Of a stretch of DNA of 64,000 nucleotides, positions 30,501-43,405 are shown in pieces. The stretch's first letter is position 1, and each line of letters begins with the position of its first letter. Location of the stretch: assembly GCA_964035545.1 (NCBI GenBank), contig OZ037768.1, positions 124,001 through 188,000 of the forward strand, given 5' to 3'. This DNA is from Bugula neritina (taxonomy: Eukaryota; Animalia; Bryozoa). A program made the translations under genes and the position numbers. Under the pieces are notes generated by a model that worked only from the letters and a program-made list of their open reading frames with translations, made no database searches and was not told the DNA's origin.

Positions 30501-31262
30501 GGAGTTAGCTGGCACTAACGTCAGCACCACTTTCATCACCTGCCCTGCTGACCCTAAGAAGACACTCGGCATAAAGTTACCTTTCCTTGTGATGATCATC
30601 AAGAACTTGAAGAAGTATTTCACTTTTGAAGTCCAGGTCAGTACCACTCTACTCTACTAACTGTTAGTACTACTCTACTCTACTAACTGTCAGTACCACT
30701 CTACTCTACTAACTGTTAGTACCACTCTACTCTACTAGCTGTCAGTACTACTCTACTCTACTAGCTGTCAGTACTACTCTACTCTACTAACTGCCAGTAC
30801 TACTCTACTCTACTAACTGTCAGTGCTACTCTACTCTATTAGATGTGGCTATTTAAAGGTGTTAGATGATAAGAACGTGAGAAGGAGATTCAGAGCTAGC
30901 AACTACCAGAGTACAACCAGAGTGAAGCCCTTCATCTGCACCATGCCTATGAGACTGGACGATGGCTGGAACCAGATTCAGTTCAACTTGTCTGACTTCA
31001 CGAGACGGGCCTATGGCACCAACTACATAGAGACACTCAGAGTCCAGGTGAGTCCTACTACTACTACTAGTATTAGTACTACTACGTAATACTACTAGCT
31101 GTTGTACTAGTACTAACACTACTTGTACGTTCACCTGCTCTTCCTCTCATTCAGATTCACGCCAACTGCCGGATTCGTCGCGTCTACTTCTCAGACAGAC
31201 TCTACTCAGAAGATGAGCTTCCCGCGGAGTTTAAGCTCTACTTGCCGGTGCAGAAGAAGTAG
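27573..31262 (+). CDS. CFAP20: Cilia- and flagella-associated protein 20 (BUG22/C16orf80)
   Basis: Exons 27573-27656, 30445-30636, 30859-31047, 31155-31262(TAG). Translation [44 protein letters not shown]...[36 protein letters not shown]...[31 protein letters not shown] is near-identical to the family consensus. AATAAA at 31526. Confidence 0.98.
28328..29796. repeat. 25-bp minisatellite (~59 copies) in CFAP20 intron 1
   Basis: cctagatagtattgggtagtaattH. Confidence 0.97.
30637..30838. repeat. 26-bp minisatellite starting at the splice donor
   Basis: gtcagtaccactctactctactaact, ~8 copies. Confidence 0.92.
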
Positions 31263-32019
31263 TGGAGTGCTCCCTGTTACTAGACAGCATGACTCATCTC
31301 AACACACAGACAGCATGACTCATCTCAACACACAGCATGACTCATCTCAACACACAGACAGTATGACTGTTACTAGTCTAGCCTGTGACTCAAGACTTCC
31401 TGTGATACCATTTGACAATAGTCTGTGACACTCAGTCTAACTGGTGAACCCTGCCTGCTGTGGTGAAGTATGAGCTCACCTATTACTTGTAAATATTATT
31501 TTATTTATATACTGTTAATATTACTAATAAAGATATTTCATGTAACATTACAAATTATCTGCACACTTTCCTCTACCACCGTGTCGTGTATTCCTTTTAT
31601 ATTCATCACTTTGAGTAGATTCATTACGATTATGTGTCTCGTTTTGGTTTAGTAAATTCGTAAACTAGTAAGAAGCAAAACTTAGTTTACAGTTTAACTT
31701 TGCCTCAAGCTGACTTACTATTCACATTTAATGCAAACATGTATCTCTGTTTCAACTCTATTGCCGATGTTATACTCATATAATAACTCTGGTTATGATA
31801 TGATAACTCTGGTTATATAATAACTCTGGTTATGGTATGATAACTCTGGTTATATAATAACTCTGGTTATGAACTGAGCTTGGTGCAATCAACAAAATTC
31901 CACACTGTATTGTCTGTATTATTAAGATAACTGTATTGCTATATGATGGGTGAGACATTATCATATTATATCATTATATCATGGTATACACTCTGGTACT
32001 CTCAGTATTACTTCTGACT

Positions 32020-35000
32020 TTATTCACTTCTCATCTTGAGTTTCCTCAACTCTTGTCTCTCCTTCTCCAATTGCTTCTCCTCTTGTCTCAACTCTCGCAA
32101 CTCCTTCCCAACTACCCATCTTTTGTAGATGTCCTTTGCCAACTCTTGCCGTTTTTCTTTTTCCATCGCTTTTCGGCTCATTTCCTCCTGTTTTTTCATT
32201 TCTAGTTGTTTTTCTTTTCTCATCTGCTCTTCCTTTCTCCGCTTCCAATAGTTGTAGGTTCCAAACTCGGTTTTCAGTTCCTGTATCCACTCGTCAAATT
32301 CTTTCTTCTGCTTCTCCTCTTTTTTCCTTTGCGCTATTTGTTGTTTTAATTGCTGGTTTGCTCTCTCTACCCATGTCTGGTAGTCTATCTTTTTCTTCAG
32401 TCTGTTTCTACATATCTCAGTGCTTGGTTGTTCTCTTTTGTTTTGTACCTTGTGAGTCGGTTTGCTGTAAATCCACTCTTCATAGGTGACAGGGTCAATA
32501 CCTTTACTACTCCCATGTCCGCTCGTTGGAACAGCTGAGAGAGCTGACTTTGATCTCTGATCTCTTCTATAAGTCTGGTAGGCATTGATATAAGTGTTGG
32601 AATCAGAGGCACTGACCTCTCCAGTTGTTGTATCTCCTATCATGAGTAGCTCTCCCAAACACTGGTCTCGCGTCCTACCAGTTGGATATGATGGAGTGTA
32701 TCTCTCTTTCAGCCTTTCATTTCTCTTTTGAATCTCTTTCCTTTTCTCCCAGCGTTTCACTGCCTTTCTGTTAGCAAACTGTCTAATGTTTTCCTCCTCA
32801 CTGTCAGTGTCCGAGGAATGGTCTACAACGCCCGACTCTTTGAACATCTTTTTAAATATCCGTTCATTTCTTTTCATCTGATCATCAAATGACCTAAATA
32901 AACATTATTGTTATTATAACCACTAGGAGGAAAGTTCTTACTTGGTAGTGAAATTAATTGTCATTCAATTATTCTTATAGTTGTGGAAATAGTAATTGCA
33001 ATTCAATACCATCAGTGACTAGTCAATTGATTAACTGAGTAAGTAACTAGTCCATTCATTGACTGATCAACTGAGTGAGTAATTAGTCAACTCAGTGACT
33101 CATCAACTCAGTGATTCATCAACTCAGTGACTAGTCAACTCGGTGACTCATCAACTCAGTGAGGTACCACCTTACAGAGTACTGATAGATTCTGCTCACC
33201 TGTAGTCTATAGTTGGCTTCTCATCTTCTTGGGGAAACAGATCTGCGAAGTAATCCTCCTCCACTACGCCAGTTGAACTTTTTATGTACTGAAGATATTG
33301 TGGACGTGTCATCTTGAACTCCTTTGACCTTGGTTGCTGACCTTTTACAACATCAGTATCTACGGGCTTAGAAGTCTTGCACATTCTCTGATTTCTCTCC
33401 TCTGAGTTTAGAGGTGGTGCACTCTTGACCCTGGATAACCTCTCTTTCCTCTTGGTAACAGCTGACTGTGGCATCTTGTGGTTGACATTTGCTGACCTAG
33501 CTCTCGTTATCTTAAAGTGACTCAAGGCTTCACCTTCTTTGTGTTGTAACTTGTTGGCTTCTTTGTCGGATACTTCATTGTTATCCATGTCTATCTTATC
33601 TGTAAGTTTGTCTTCTTTTATTAGCTGTGAGTCATGGTAGATGTTGTCCTGGTTGCTAGTAGCAACATACTTGTCAGTAGAGAGACTGGCACTCTTCGGT
33701 AGGAGAGCAAGCTCAGGCGCTTCTTCTCTTGTCTTGAAGTTTTCTTTCCGTCGTGCCCATTGAGACAACCTGTAACCAACTGAATGCTATAATATGCTCA
33801 ATTTGTATGTTAGGGAAGGCTTTTTATCAATAGTAACCATAATACCTTGCTAGTGTCAGTCATTTGATAGTTATTCACAGGACACAACCTCATATTACTC
33901 ATTAGACACACCCACATATTACTCATAAAACACGCCCACTTGAAGTTTGTGGGCACGCCCTCCTACCTAAAGTGCCGCTCACAAGTGAAGGATCCAAACT
34001 CTAGAGCTACATCAAGGGGGTTGCTTCCTCTACTATTAGTCTGGTATATGTCTGCACCATGCTGACACAGTAAGTCAGCGGTGTCTATATGACCTTTGAC
34101 AGCAGCGGCATGTAGGAGAGTGTTGCCATTGGTTGTGCTTAGAGACACACTAATTCCTATAACATAGTAGCAACTAGCAACTGTACAACTGTTTGTTGTG
34201 AGCTACTCAACCTTATCATGTAGTAAATTAAGCTGATCAATTTAATACAGTATATATAGTTGTCTCACCATGTGACTTCAGTATGGTTTCACAGGCAGTT
34301 GTGTTCCCCGCATAGCAGATGATGTATAGCACATTGAATACTGTGTCCTCATTCTCATTAGACAAGAGTGGTAATTGAGAACGGGAGTCATCTCCTTTTC
34401 TCAAAAGTTGAACTACTTCATTGTAAGGAGGAATGAAAGATAACTTCAAAATACTGTTGTCTATTACATTCCCGTCTAGCCTGAAAAGATCATTGTAGAG
34501 AAATTAATACTTACGAGTGTGAAGTTGTGACCACTTAACTTCGAATTATTTAAAGAAATGGGTGATTTAAAAAACATAGCAGCTTCATTTTTACAAAGGA
34601 AAAAGATAACATCTTATGTTATGGTTACAAAATGTATCGTATACAGCAAGTAAATACAGTAAGTAAATACAGTAAGTATGTACGTACAGTAAGTATATAC
34701 AGTAAGTATCATATACCTGAGAATAGTTGCACTATCAAGTTGGAATCCCTCAACATCCAACAACTGGTATGCAGGAGCGGGCAACCCTGCTGACAGTTCC
34801 AATGATCTCTTGATCTGTAAAAATTATCCACTATGTTGTTATGTTATCAGATGATCATTCAAGTCTCTTCCCAGACAGTATAGCGGAGGTATACAGTATA
34901 CTTACTTACTTCTCAGACAGTATAGTTGAGATGTACTTACTTCCCAGACAGTATAGTTGAGGTATACTTACTTACTTCCCAGACAGTATAGTTGAGATAT

Positions 35001-35498
35001 ACTTACTTCCCAGACAGTATAGTTGAGATGTACTTACTTACTTCCCAGACAGTATAGTTGAGATATACTTACTTCCTCCTGTTATATGAGTCTACAGACT
35101 GGAGTTACCTGCTCTATGGAGTTACCTGCTCTATGGAGTTACCTGCTCTATGGAGTTACCTGCTCTATGGAGTTACCTGCTCTATGGAGTTACCTGCTCT
35201 ATGGAGTTACCTGCTCTATGGAGTTACCTGCTCTATGGAGTTACCTGCTCTATGGAGTTACCTGCTCTATGGAGTTACCTGCTCTATGGAGTTACCTGCT
35301 CTATGGAGTTACCTGCTCTATGGAGGTGCCATCTTTGATCTTCTTAATTCTTGTTAAGCTGCCATCTGGAAGACGAATAAGTAGACTGAATTTCCTTCTC
35401 TCCAGCGTAGACCTGTGTGGGTATTTGACAGAGAAAGGTGTGTACCCCCCATAGTGAGTTCTGTTAGGTATCTGTGAGTGACTTGTGACTGCTGCCAT
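32020..35498 (-). CDS. ANKRD60-like protein: ubiquitin-like domain + ankyrin repeats + long charged coiled-coil C-terminus (~709 aa)
   Basis: Exons 35498-35313, 34814-34717, 34480-34269, 34156-33967, 33769-33200, 32893-32020 splice into a 2130-nt open frame. Ubl-like segment 'FSLLIRLPDG..TSIEQIKRSLELSAGLPAPAYQL'. Ankyrin repeats 'NGNTLLHAAAVKGHIDTADLLCQHGADIYQTNSRGSNPLDVA..CERHF'. Confidence 0.8.
35101..35324 (-). repeat. 17-bp minisatellite (~13 copies) duplicating an exon end and donor
   Basis: Minus-strand unit atagagcag|gtaactcc; the first copy is the real donor at 35313/35312. Confidence 0.95.
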
Positions 35499-35529
35499 CT
35501 TCTCCGCTAGTCTGCTGCTCCTTGTCAAA

Positions 35530-36670
35530 GCATAGTAAGTATGTATGTACACTGTATGATACAGTAAGTATGTATGTACACTGTATGGTATAGTAAGTAT
35601 GTATGTACACTGTATGGTACAGTAAGTATGTATGTACACTGTATGATACAGTAAGTATGTATGTACACTGTATGGCATAGTAAGTATGTATGTACACTGT
35701 ATGGCATAGTAAGTATGTATGTACACTGTATGGTACAGTAAGTATGTATGTACACTGTATGGTATAGTAAGTATGTATGTACACTGTATGGTACAGTAAG
35801 TATGTATGTACACTGTATGGTACAGTAAGTATGTATGTACACTGTATGGTATAGTAAGTATGTATGTACACTGTATGGTACAGTAAGTATGTATGTACAC
35901 TGTATGGTACAGTAAGTATGTATGTACACTGTATGGTACAGTAAGTATGTATGTACACTGTATGGTATAGTAAGTATGTATGTACACTGTATGGTACAGT
36001 AAGTATGTATGTACACTGTATGGTACAGTAAGTATGTATGTACACTGTATGGTACAGTAAGTATGTATGTACACTGTATGGTACAGTAAGTATGTATGTA
36101 CACTGTATGGTACAGTAAGTATGTATGTACACTGTATGGTACAGTAAGTATGTATGTACACTGTATGATACAGTAAGTATGTATGTACACTGTATGGCAT
36201 AGTAAGTATGTATGTACACTGTATGGTACAGTAAGTATGTATGTACACTGTATGGTACAGTAAGTATGTATGTACACTGTATGGTACAGTAAGTATGTAT
36301 GTACACTGTATGATACAGTAAGTATGTATGTACACTGTATGGTACAGTAAGTATGTATGTACACTGTATGGTACAGTAAGTATGTATGTACACTGTATGG
36401 TACAGTAAGTATGTATGTACACTGTATGGTACAGTAAGTATGTATGTACACTGTATGGCATAGTAAGTATGTATGTACACTGTATGATACAGTAAGTATG
36501 TATGTACACTGTATGGTACAGTAAGTATGTATGTACACTGTATGGTACAGTAAATATGTATGTACACTGTATGGTACAGTAAATATGTATGTACACTGTA
36601 TGGCATAGTAAGTATGTATGTACACTGTATGGCATAGTAAGTATGTATGTACACTGTATGATACAGTAAA
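35530..36670. repeat. 29-bp minisatellite (~39 copies)
   Basis: cagtaagtatgtatgtacactgtatggta. Confidence 0.97.
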
Positions 36671-37484
36671 TAGACTCAGCTTAGCCTATTGATTCACTAA
36701 ACAGTCTCAGATGTGTTTGCTCACAAGTAACAAACTGCTAGTCTATATCAGCAAACAACCCAATATATTCCATCCCGTAATATTATTTACCTGCTCTAAT
36801 TATACTACTCTAATGGCAGCCATGTTATTCTTACTGTCAGCTGATGGAGATAGAAACCAAGTAGAGCTACACTCCTTTTCAGGGGTACTCCATGCCCCCT
36901 GTTATTCACAAGTGAAATATGGTTTTACACTCCACCCACCTGTGACCTGAGCTAGTTTATCACAGCAGTAACGTTGTGGACATTTCTGAAGTGTACCTTA
37001 TCATAGCAAAAGTGACATTATATAATATATTTATATATTTATGACATACCTTAAAGATATGCTTGTTTACTAATCAAGCATTGATTGAGTTTCAATAACT
37101 GGTCAGCCACCAGTCAAACAAATTGAGTGAATTATATGCAGTAGTAGTTTACCATCTGTATAGTTACTTACCCTGGTTTACCATCTGTATACTTACTTAC
37201 CCTGGTTTATCATCTGTATACTTACTTACCTTGACCTATATAAATACCTTCACATAAAGCTGTAGTACAGTAAGTATCACCTCCAATTGCTTTGAAAACT
37301 CTGCTATATCTGTCACAGCTTATGCTATACAAACAGCTAATCTGCACCTTTTCCTTTGTTGAATAGTCAATTGCTTGTTTCATTCAATCTGTAACATTAG
37401 CTTTTGTTTGGCTGTTCTATCATATAATAGCAACTCTTTTGTTGAAACGTAACTAATTATATTATGCTGCCTTACTTTAATACT

Positions 37485-38285
37485 GTTGCTATACAGTATA
37501 GTATACTATACATATATTACTATACAGTATAGTATACATATATTACTATACAGTATAATATACTATACGTCTATTACTATACAGTATAGTATACATATAT
37601 TACTATACAGTATAATATACTATACATCTATTACTATACAGTATAGTATACTATACATCTATCACTATACTATTTACAGTATAATATCCTATATAAGGTA
37701 AGTTTTAGAGAATCTAGACTTTGAAGTGAAGTAAGTTTACATACACTTACTGTGTGTAGTTTTGTAAGTTATCTGTTTCTTACTTTAGTTGAAAAATCAT
37801 TTAGGAAGTTGTGCTTCCCTGATTTGTTAAGATCAGATGCAGCCTTATCTACAGTGTATACTCTTTGTGTTACTATATACTATACTATATACTACACTGT
37901 ATACTCTTTGTGTTACTATATACTACACTATATACTATACTATATACTACACTGTATACTCTTTGTGTTGCTATATACTATACTGTATACTCTTTGTGTT
38001 ACTATATAGTATACTATATAATACACTGTATACTTTTTGTGTTACTATATACTATACTATATACTATACTATATACTACACTGTATACTCTTTGTGGTAC
38101 TATATACTATAGTATATAATACACTGTATACTCTTTGTGTTATTATATGCTATACTATATATTAAAATACACTGTATACTCTTTGTGGTACTATATACTA
38201 TAGTATATAATACACTGTATACTCTTTGTGGTACTATATACTATAGTATATAATACACTGTATACTCTTTGTGTTACTATATGCA
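37485..38285. repeat. Degenerate AT-rich tandem arrays
   Basis: tactatacagtata.. and acactgtatactctttgtgttactatatactat variants. Confidence 0.8.
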
Positions 38286-38490
38286 TATATCACACTCTAG
38301 CCTAACACAACAGTGCACCCCACAACAATGAATGGTGAAAACCACTTGAAATAAAGGAGTTGTTTAACTTGTTGGTTTAGTTAATAGGCTCGCCATTGAT
38401 CTAGCATAATCTAATATTATTTTATCTAACGACAGCTCAAGTTTGTATATGATGAAATATACTGTGTATACAATTTCAGCAAACAATACC

Positions 38491-38504
38491 GTTGCCATAG
38501 CTGT
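38491..38504. promoter_or_regulatory. X-box-like site in the divergent promoter region between the ANKRD60-like gene and cyclin E
   Basis: GTTGCCATAG(CTGT) has a perfect RFX half-site plus spacer, but the second half is imperfect. Confidence 0.4.
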
Positions 38505-38917
38505 TTTAACTTTAAATTAGTGACGCTTGGAAACGACTTTGTTAGCTTGGGTTTTCAGTTCAATTAAATATTTAATGTGAAACGGGAATTTGTTTGTTTG
38601 CAGGCTTATCAAGAGCATGCGTTAGTGTAACTCTCTCTCTTACTTTACAGTGTATACATGCATGTAGCTTAGCCTCTCCCTGGTCTAAGTAACTCGTCTC
38701 TCATCTACTGAGCAGCAGCAGCAGGGAGTAGTAACTGACAGTGATAGCAGGGAGTAGTAACTGGCAGTGACAGCAGCATTTCTCGCTGACATTAAACTCT
38801 TTGAATATGCAACAGAACTGAATAAGTTCTAGCCAGAGACAGCAGAGGTCAGCTAGAGGTCACACAGAGGTCAGGTGGAAATCAAGTAGCGGTCAGGTAG
38901 AGGTCAAGAGGAGAGAA

Positions 38918-41900
38918 ATGCTGGAACCATCCATCAATGACGTCTGCTGTGAAATTATTGTCGGTGACTTTGACCTTGAGAATGAGTCACCAGGTCACTC
39001 GCAGGTAATTTTATGTTAAAGTTTGAGTTTAGACTTTAGACTCTAGAGTATGGAGTATAGATTATAGAGTATAGTTTATAGAGTATAGTTTATAGAGTAT
39101 AGTTTATAGAGTATGGAGTATGGAGTATAGATTATAGAGTATAGTTTATAGAGTATAGTTTATAGAGTATGGAGTATGGAGTTTAGATTATAGAGTATAG
39201 ATTATAAAGTATAGAGTATAGAGTTTAGATTTATATATAATATATGTAGATATTGATGATAATATCAGAGTAGAATGTTAGACTTGTGTGTACAATTAGC
39301 TCTAGTATAGAGCAATTGTCCTTAAGAAGTGCAGAGACTTTCTTGTTGAAATCTGATCCAGAGAAATGGACCAATGAAAACTGCTGTTGTTAAACTGGCT
39401 GTCACGTGCACCTCTGATAGGTCTGGTGTTACCATGTGGTGTACAGGAATCATGGCTAAATATGGTGCTGAGGTGGGGCCCTTCTGGAGCCCCCTTCCTA
39501 GTTCCAGTTAGCTGTGTATGAAGCACGGATTATATTTAACTTATAGCAAAGTGTTACAATATTCTTCTCAAACTCAACGACTTGGTTTTGTTGCCGGACT
39601 GTTTTCACCCAACTCTGTTACATTAAACTGTGTATATCCCCAGAGAAGAGAGTATAGAGTTGTGAGGTTAAAACTGCTAAAGTAGCATTGCTTTGGCCAT
39701 TCATATGACATGATGGAAGCTTTTAGTGAATATTTAATCATATTCTATTTAATTATTCTTCTACCTTTTATCTTGTGTTTGTATTTTCATTAAAATCAAT
39801 CATTTACCCTGAATGTGAAATATATGGTGACGATAATACTATACTATATACTGTGTAGTCACTATACTATATACTGTGTAGTGACTACAGTATATACTGT
39901 GTAGTGACTAATACTATATACTGTGTAGTGACTAATACTATATACTGTGTAGTGACTAATACTATATACTGTGTAGTGACTAATACTATATACTGTGTAG
40001 TGACTAATACTATATACTGTGTAGTGACTCTTACTATACACTGTGTAGTGACTAATACTATATACTGTGTAGGAGTTAGAAGTACTAACTGAAAGCTACT
40101 CAACTAACACCAAGGGGTTCATGCCAGAAACTCTGTACAGCACAACCTTCTGCTCCAAAACACAACCTCTGCCTTTTCTGTCATATGGAGATCCGGAAGA
40201 AGTTTGGGAGGTGAGAGTTGGTCACATGATCTATCATCTTATCATATTATAGTATATCACATGATCTATCATCTTATCATATTATAGTATATCACAGTAT
40301 ATCATATCATAACCTATCACAGTATATCATAGTATGTCATTGTATGTCTTATTATATCATAGTATATCATATTATAATATTGTAGTATACCGTAGTATAT
40401 CATAATATATTGTAGTATATCATAGTATATTGTAGTATATTACCATAATTCGTATATCACAGTATCTCATATCATAACCTATCACAGTATATCGTAAAGC
40501 CCAGTCACACACTCAATACGAATCTCTTGACAGGCGATGACTAAGAAGGAAGAAGCGTATGTGAGAGATGCGGGCATGTTGAGACGCCACCCTGAACTGT
40601 CGTGTAGCAAGAGGTCCACATTGGTCAGCTGGATGTCTGAGGTAAACTACATTCTCTCGATTCGTATTACTATCTGACCTATATACTGTAACCATGTAGT
40701 AGTAACTCTATATACTATCTGACCTATATACTGTAACCATGTAGTAGTAACTCTATATATTATCTGACCTATATACTGTAACCATGTAGTACTAACTCTA
40801 TATACTATCTGACCTATATACTGTAACCATGTAGTACTAACTCTATATATTATCTGACCTATATACTGTAACCATGTAGTAGTAACTCTATATACTATCT
40901 GACCTATATACTGCAACCATGTAGTACTAACTCTATATACTATCTGACCTATATACTGTAACCATGTAGTACTAACTCTATATATTATCTGACCTATATA
41001 CTGTAACCATGTAGTACTAACTCTATATACCATCTGACCTATATACTGTAACCATGTAGTACTAACTCTATATACCTTCAGGTGTGCGCCTGCTTCAGGG
41101 AGCGGAGAGAGACGTTTCAGTTGGCAGTGGATTATGTGGACCGTCTTCTAGCGGCGTGTGTCAACGTCGAGCTCGCACACTTCCAGCTGGTCGGCGTTAC
41201 GGCCGTGTTCATAGCCTCTAAATACGAGGTGAGAGAGTAACGTGTGCATAGCCTCTAAATACGAAGTGAGAGAGTAACAGAGTCGGACATAGTAGTGAAA
41301 GAGTGAATGCTGACAAAACTTCACTTACAGCGAATGACATATTTAATATCAATTAATACAAGCAAAGAAATTGTTTTTCGGGAATTCTAACTTTCAAAAT
41401 CCTATTTTCTCTTAATTGCTTTTGTTCTTTAATTCTAGACTGTGAACTGCAGTATTTAATGTGAATCACATCGCACTCACTGATTGGCCAATGTGAATTA
41501 CAATATGTGTGTAGGCGGTGCAGGCCCTTAGACTAGCTGACCTAGCAGAAGTGACGCGCGGAGCTTGTTCTACTGACGAGATTGTTGTGATGGAACGGTT
41601 TATGCTCAAGGTAAGAGAATTTGCCTCTCTTAGGTGAATTAGTATGTTACCCTGCGCTCTAGTATGTTACCCTGAGCTCTAGAGTTGGGATTAACATTGC
41701 TTTGTATGTTGCAATGATTTGTAGACCCTGCAGTTTGACATCTCGCCCATCACTATCAACACTTGGCTGTCTCTCTACATACAGATCTACGTTATCAAAT
41801 CCCACTGTCTCTTCAACAGACACACAGAGTACTCCTTAGTCAAGAAAAACTTCTCTGGGCAGTTCTTTGTACAAGTTGCTCGAGTATGTATTTTATGTAA

Positions 41901-42748
41901 CTACTATAACTCTTATTGTGTATCTGTCGTAATGAATACTAACTACGGAAATGTGTACCAAATTTGAGAATTTTTGTAAGAATTTTAAAATTTTAGACAA
42001 ATTAAAATAAATGTAATGATATCTTGCGATGTGAGTAAAGACAGCAAGTTATGCTGTCTGGTTGCAGCTGGTTGACCTCGTCCTCCTTGATGCCGAGAGT
42101 CTGCAGTATAAGTACAGTGAGCTGGCGGCAGCGGCGCTTTACCACCACACCGACGCTGACACTGTGCACACCGCCACTGGCTACTCGTTCAAACAGCTCT
42201 TTCCGTGCATCAGATGGATGACACCCTTCGCTCAGACTCTGTCCGAGAGTCTTCCTGTGCATCTGACCGTCTTCTCGGGAGTTGCCCTCGACGACGCTCA
42301 TAACATACAGACTCACACCGTGTCTCCCTTGGACCTGGTGAGTGGCTGTCTACACTGTATGTGTCATCATATATGTGTCATCATATATGTGTCATGATAT
42401 ATGTGTCACTGTATGTGTCATCGTATATGTGTCATGATATATGTGTCACTGTATGTGTCATCATATATGTGTCATCATATATGTGTCATGATATATGTGT
42501 CACTGTATGTGTCATCGTATATGTGTCATGATATATGTGTCACTGTATGTGTCATCATATATGTGTCATCATATATGTGTCACCACCAATTACTCATGTA
42601 TGTGCTGTTTTAGGCTAAGGTAGAGTCCAAGCAACTAGAAATTGAGCTAGATATTAGCCCATCTAATCTTTTAACTCCGCCCAAAAGTTTGATACATCCT
42701 GTTTTGACTCCGCCTTCCAGCAATCGTAAGCCTCGTATTCTGAGATGA
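38918..42748 (+). CDS. CCNE: Divergent G1/S cyclin E-like protein (~379 aa; start codon tentative)
   Basis: Exons 38918-39004, 40073-40210, 40534-40641, 41082-41228, 41515-41610, 41725-41883, 42068-42337, 42614-42748(TGA). Cyclin-E hallmarks: 'PLPFLSYGDPEEVW', 'RHPEL', 'RETFQLAVDYVDR', 'QLVGVTAVFIASKYE', 'GACSTDEIVVME', 'PCIRWMTPFA', 'DAHNIQTH' and C-terminal LLTPP degron. Confidence 0.88.
39838..40072 (+). repeat. 24-bp minisatellite (~9-10 copies) ending in the real cyclin E acceptor
   Basis: tgactaatactatatactgtgtAG. Confidence 0.93.
40668..41075. repeat. 45-bp minisatellite (9 copies) carrying a TACTAAC branch-point motif
   Basis: tatctgacctatatactgtaaccatgtagtactaactctatatac. Confidence 0.95.
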
Positions 42749-43405
42749 AGCAAACTGAAATGCTAGGGCAGGGCTGTATAACTTGCCAGGTGCATTGTAT
42801 ATATACTATATGCAATTTAGCTATTTATTATTTATTTAAAACACTTACCTTTTTTCTTATGCAAGTCACTTATTTTTTTACCCAGAAAGCAATTTGAATT
42901 TCTAATATATGAAAATAAATTTAGCAGGAATATCCATAATATAGAGTATATAGCATTAGCTTTTTCTATATTCTTATATATACTTTTCATACTTATAATA
43001 ATTTGACTTAAATTGAGTGAATTACAAAGAAGTACTATTTATTTATATTATTGTGTAGATATTTATATATATATTTATATATTGTTGCAATTTATATTGT
43101 TTTAGTCAGGAGTTATCTCGACTTAAGTAGCGTGAATTCATAGAAATATGATATTTGGCTATCAAATCTCGTGCAATCATATAGTTTTGGTGTGTATATT
43201 GTTGAGATACGAGTATGCAATGATGGGTGGGGCGTATATCCTGTTATTGTATTTCAGTTTATGACATGTGGAATATAAGGCTATCAATATTATCTGTTCC
43301 ACTTTTTCACACCACATTTCTCCAGTGAGTTGGTCGTGTAAACGTCATGTGTGGCTGTGATATTCTTACTATGTGGATATTTTGTACCTGCCAACATGTC
43401 AACTG

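Noticed and set aside
35301-36654. 366-444 aa ORFs in all three minus frames
   Set aside because: 29-bp repeat artefact; only 35498-35313 is a real exon.
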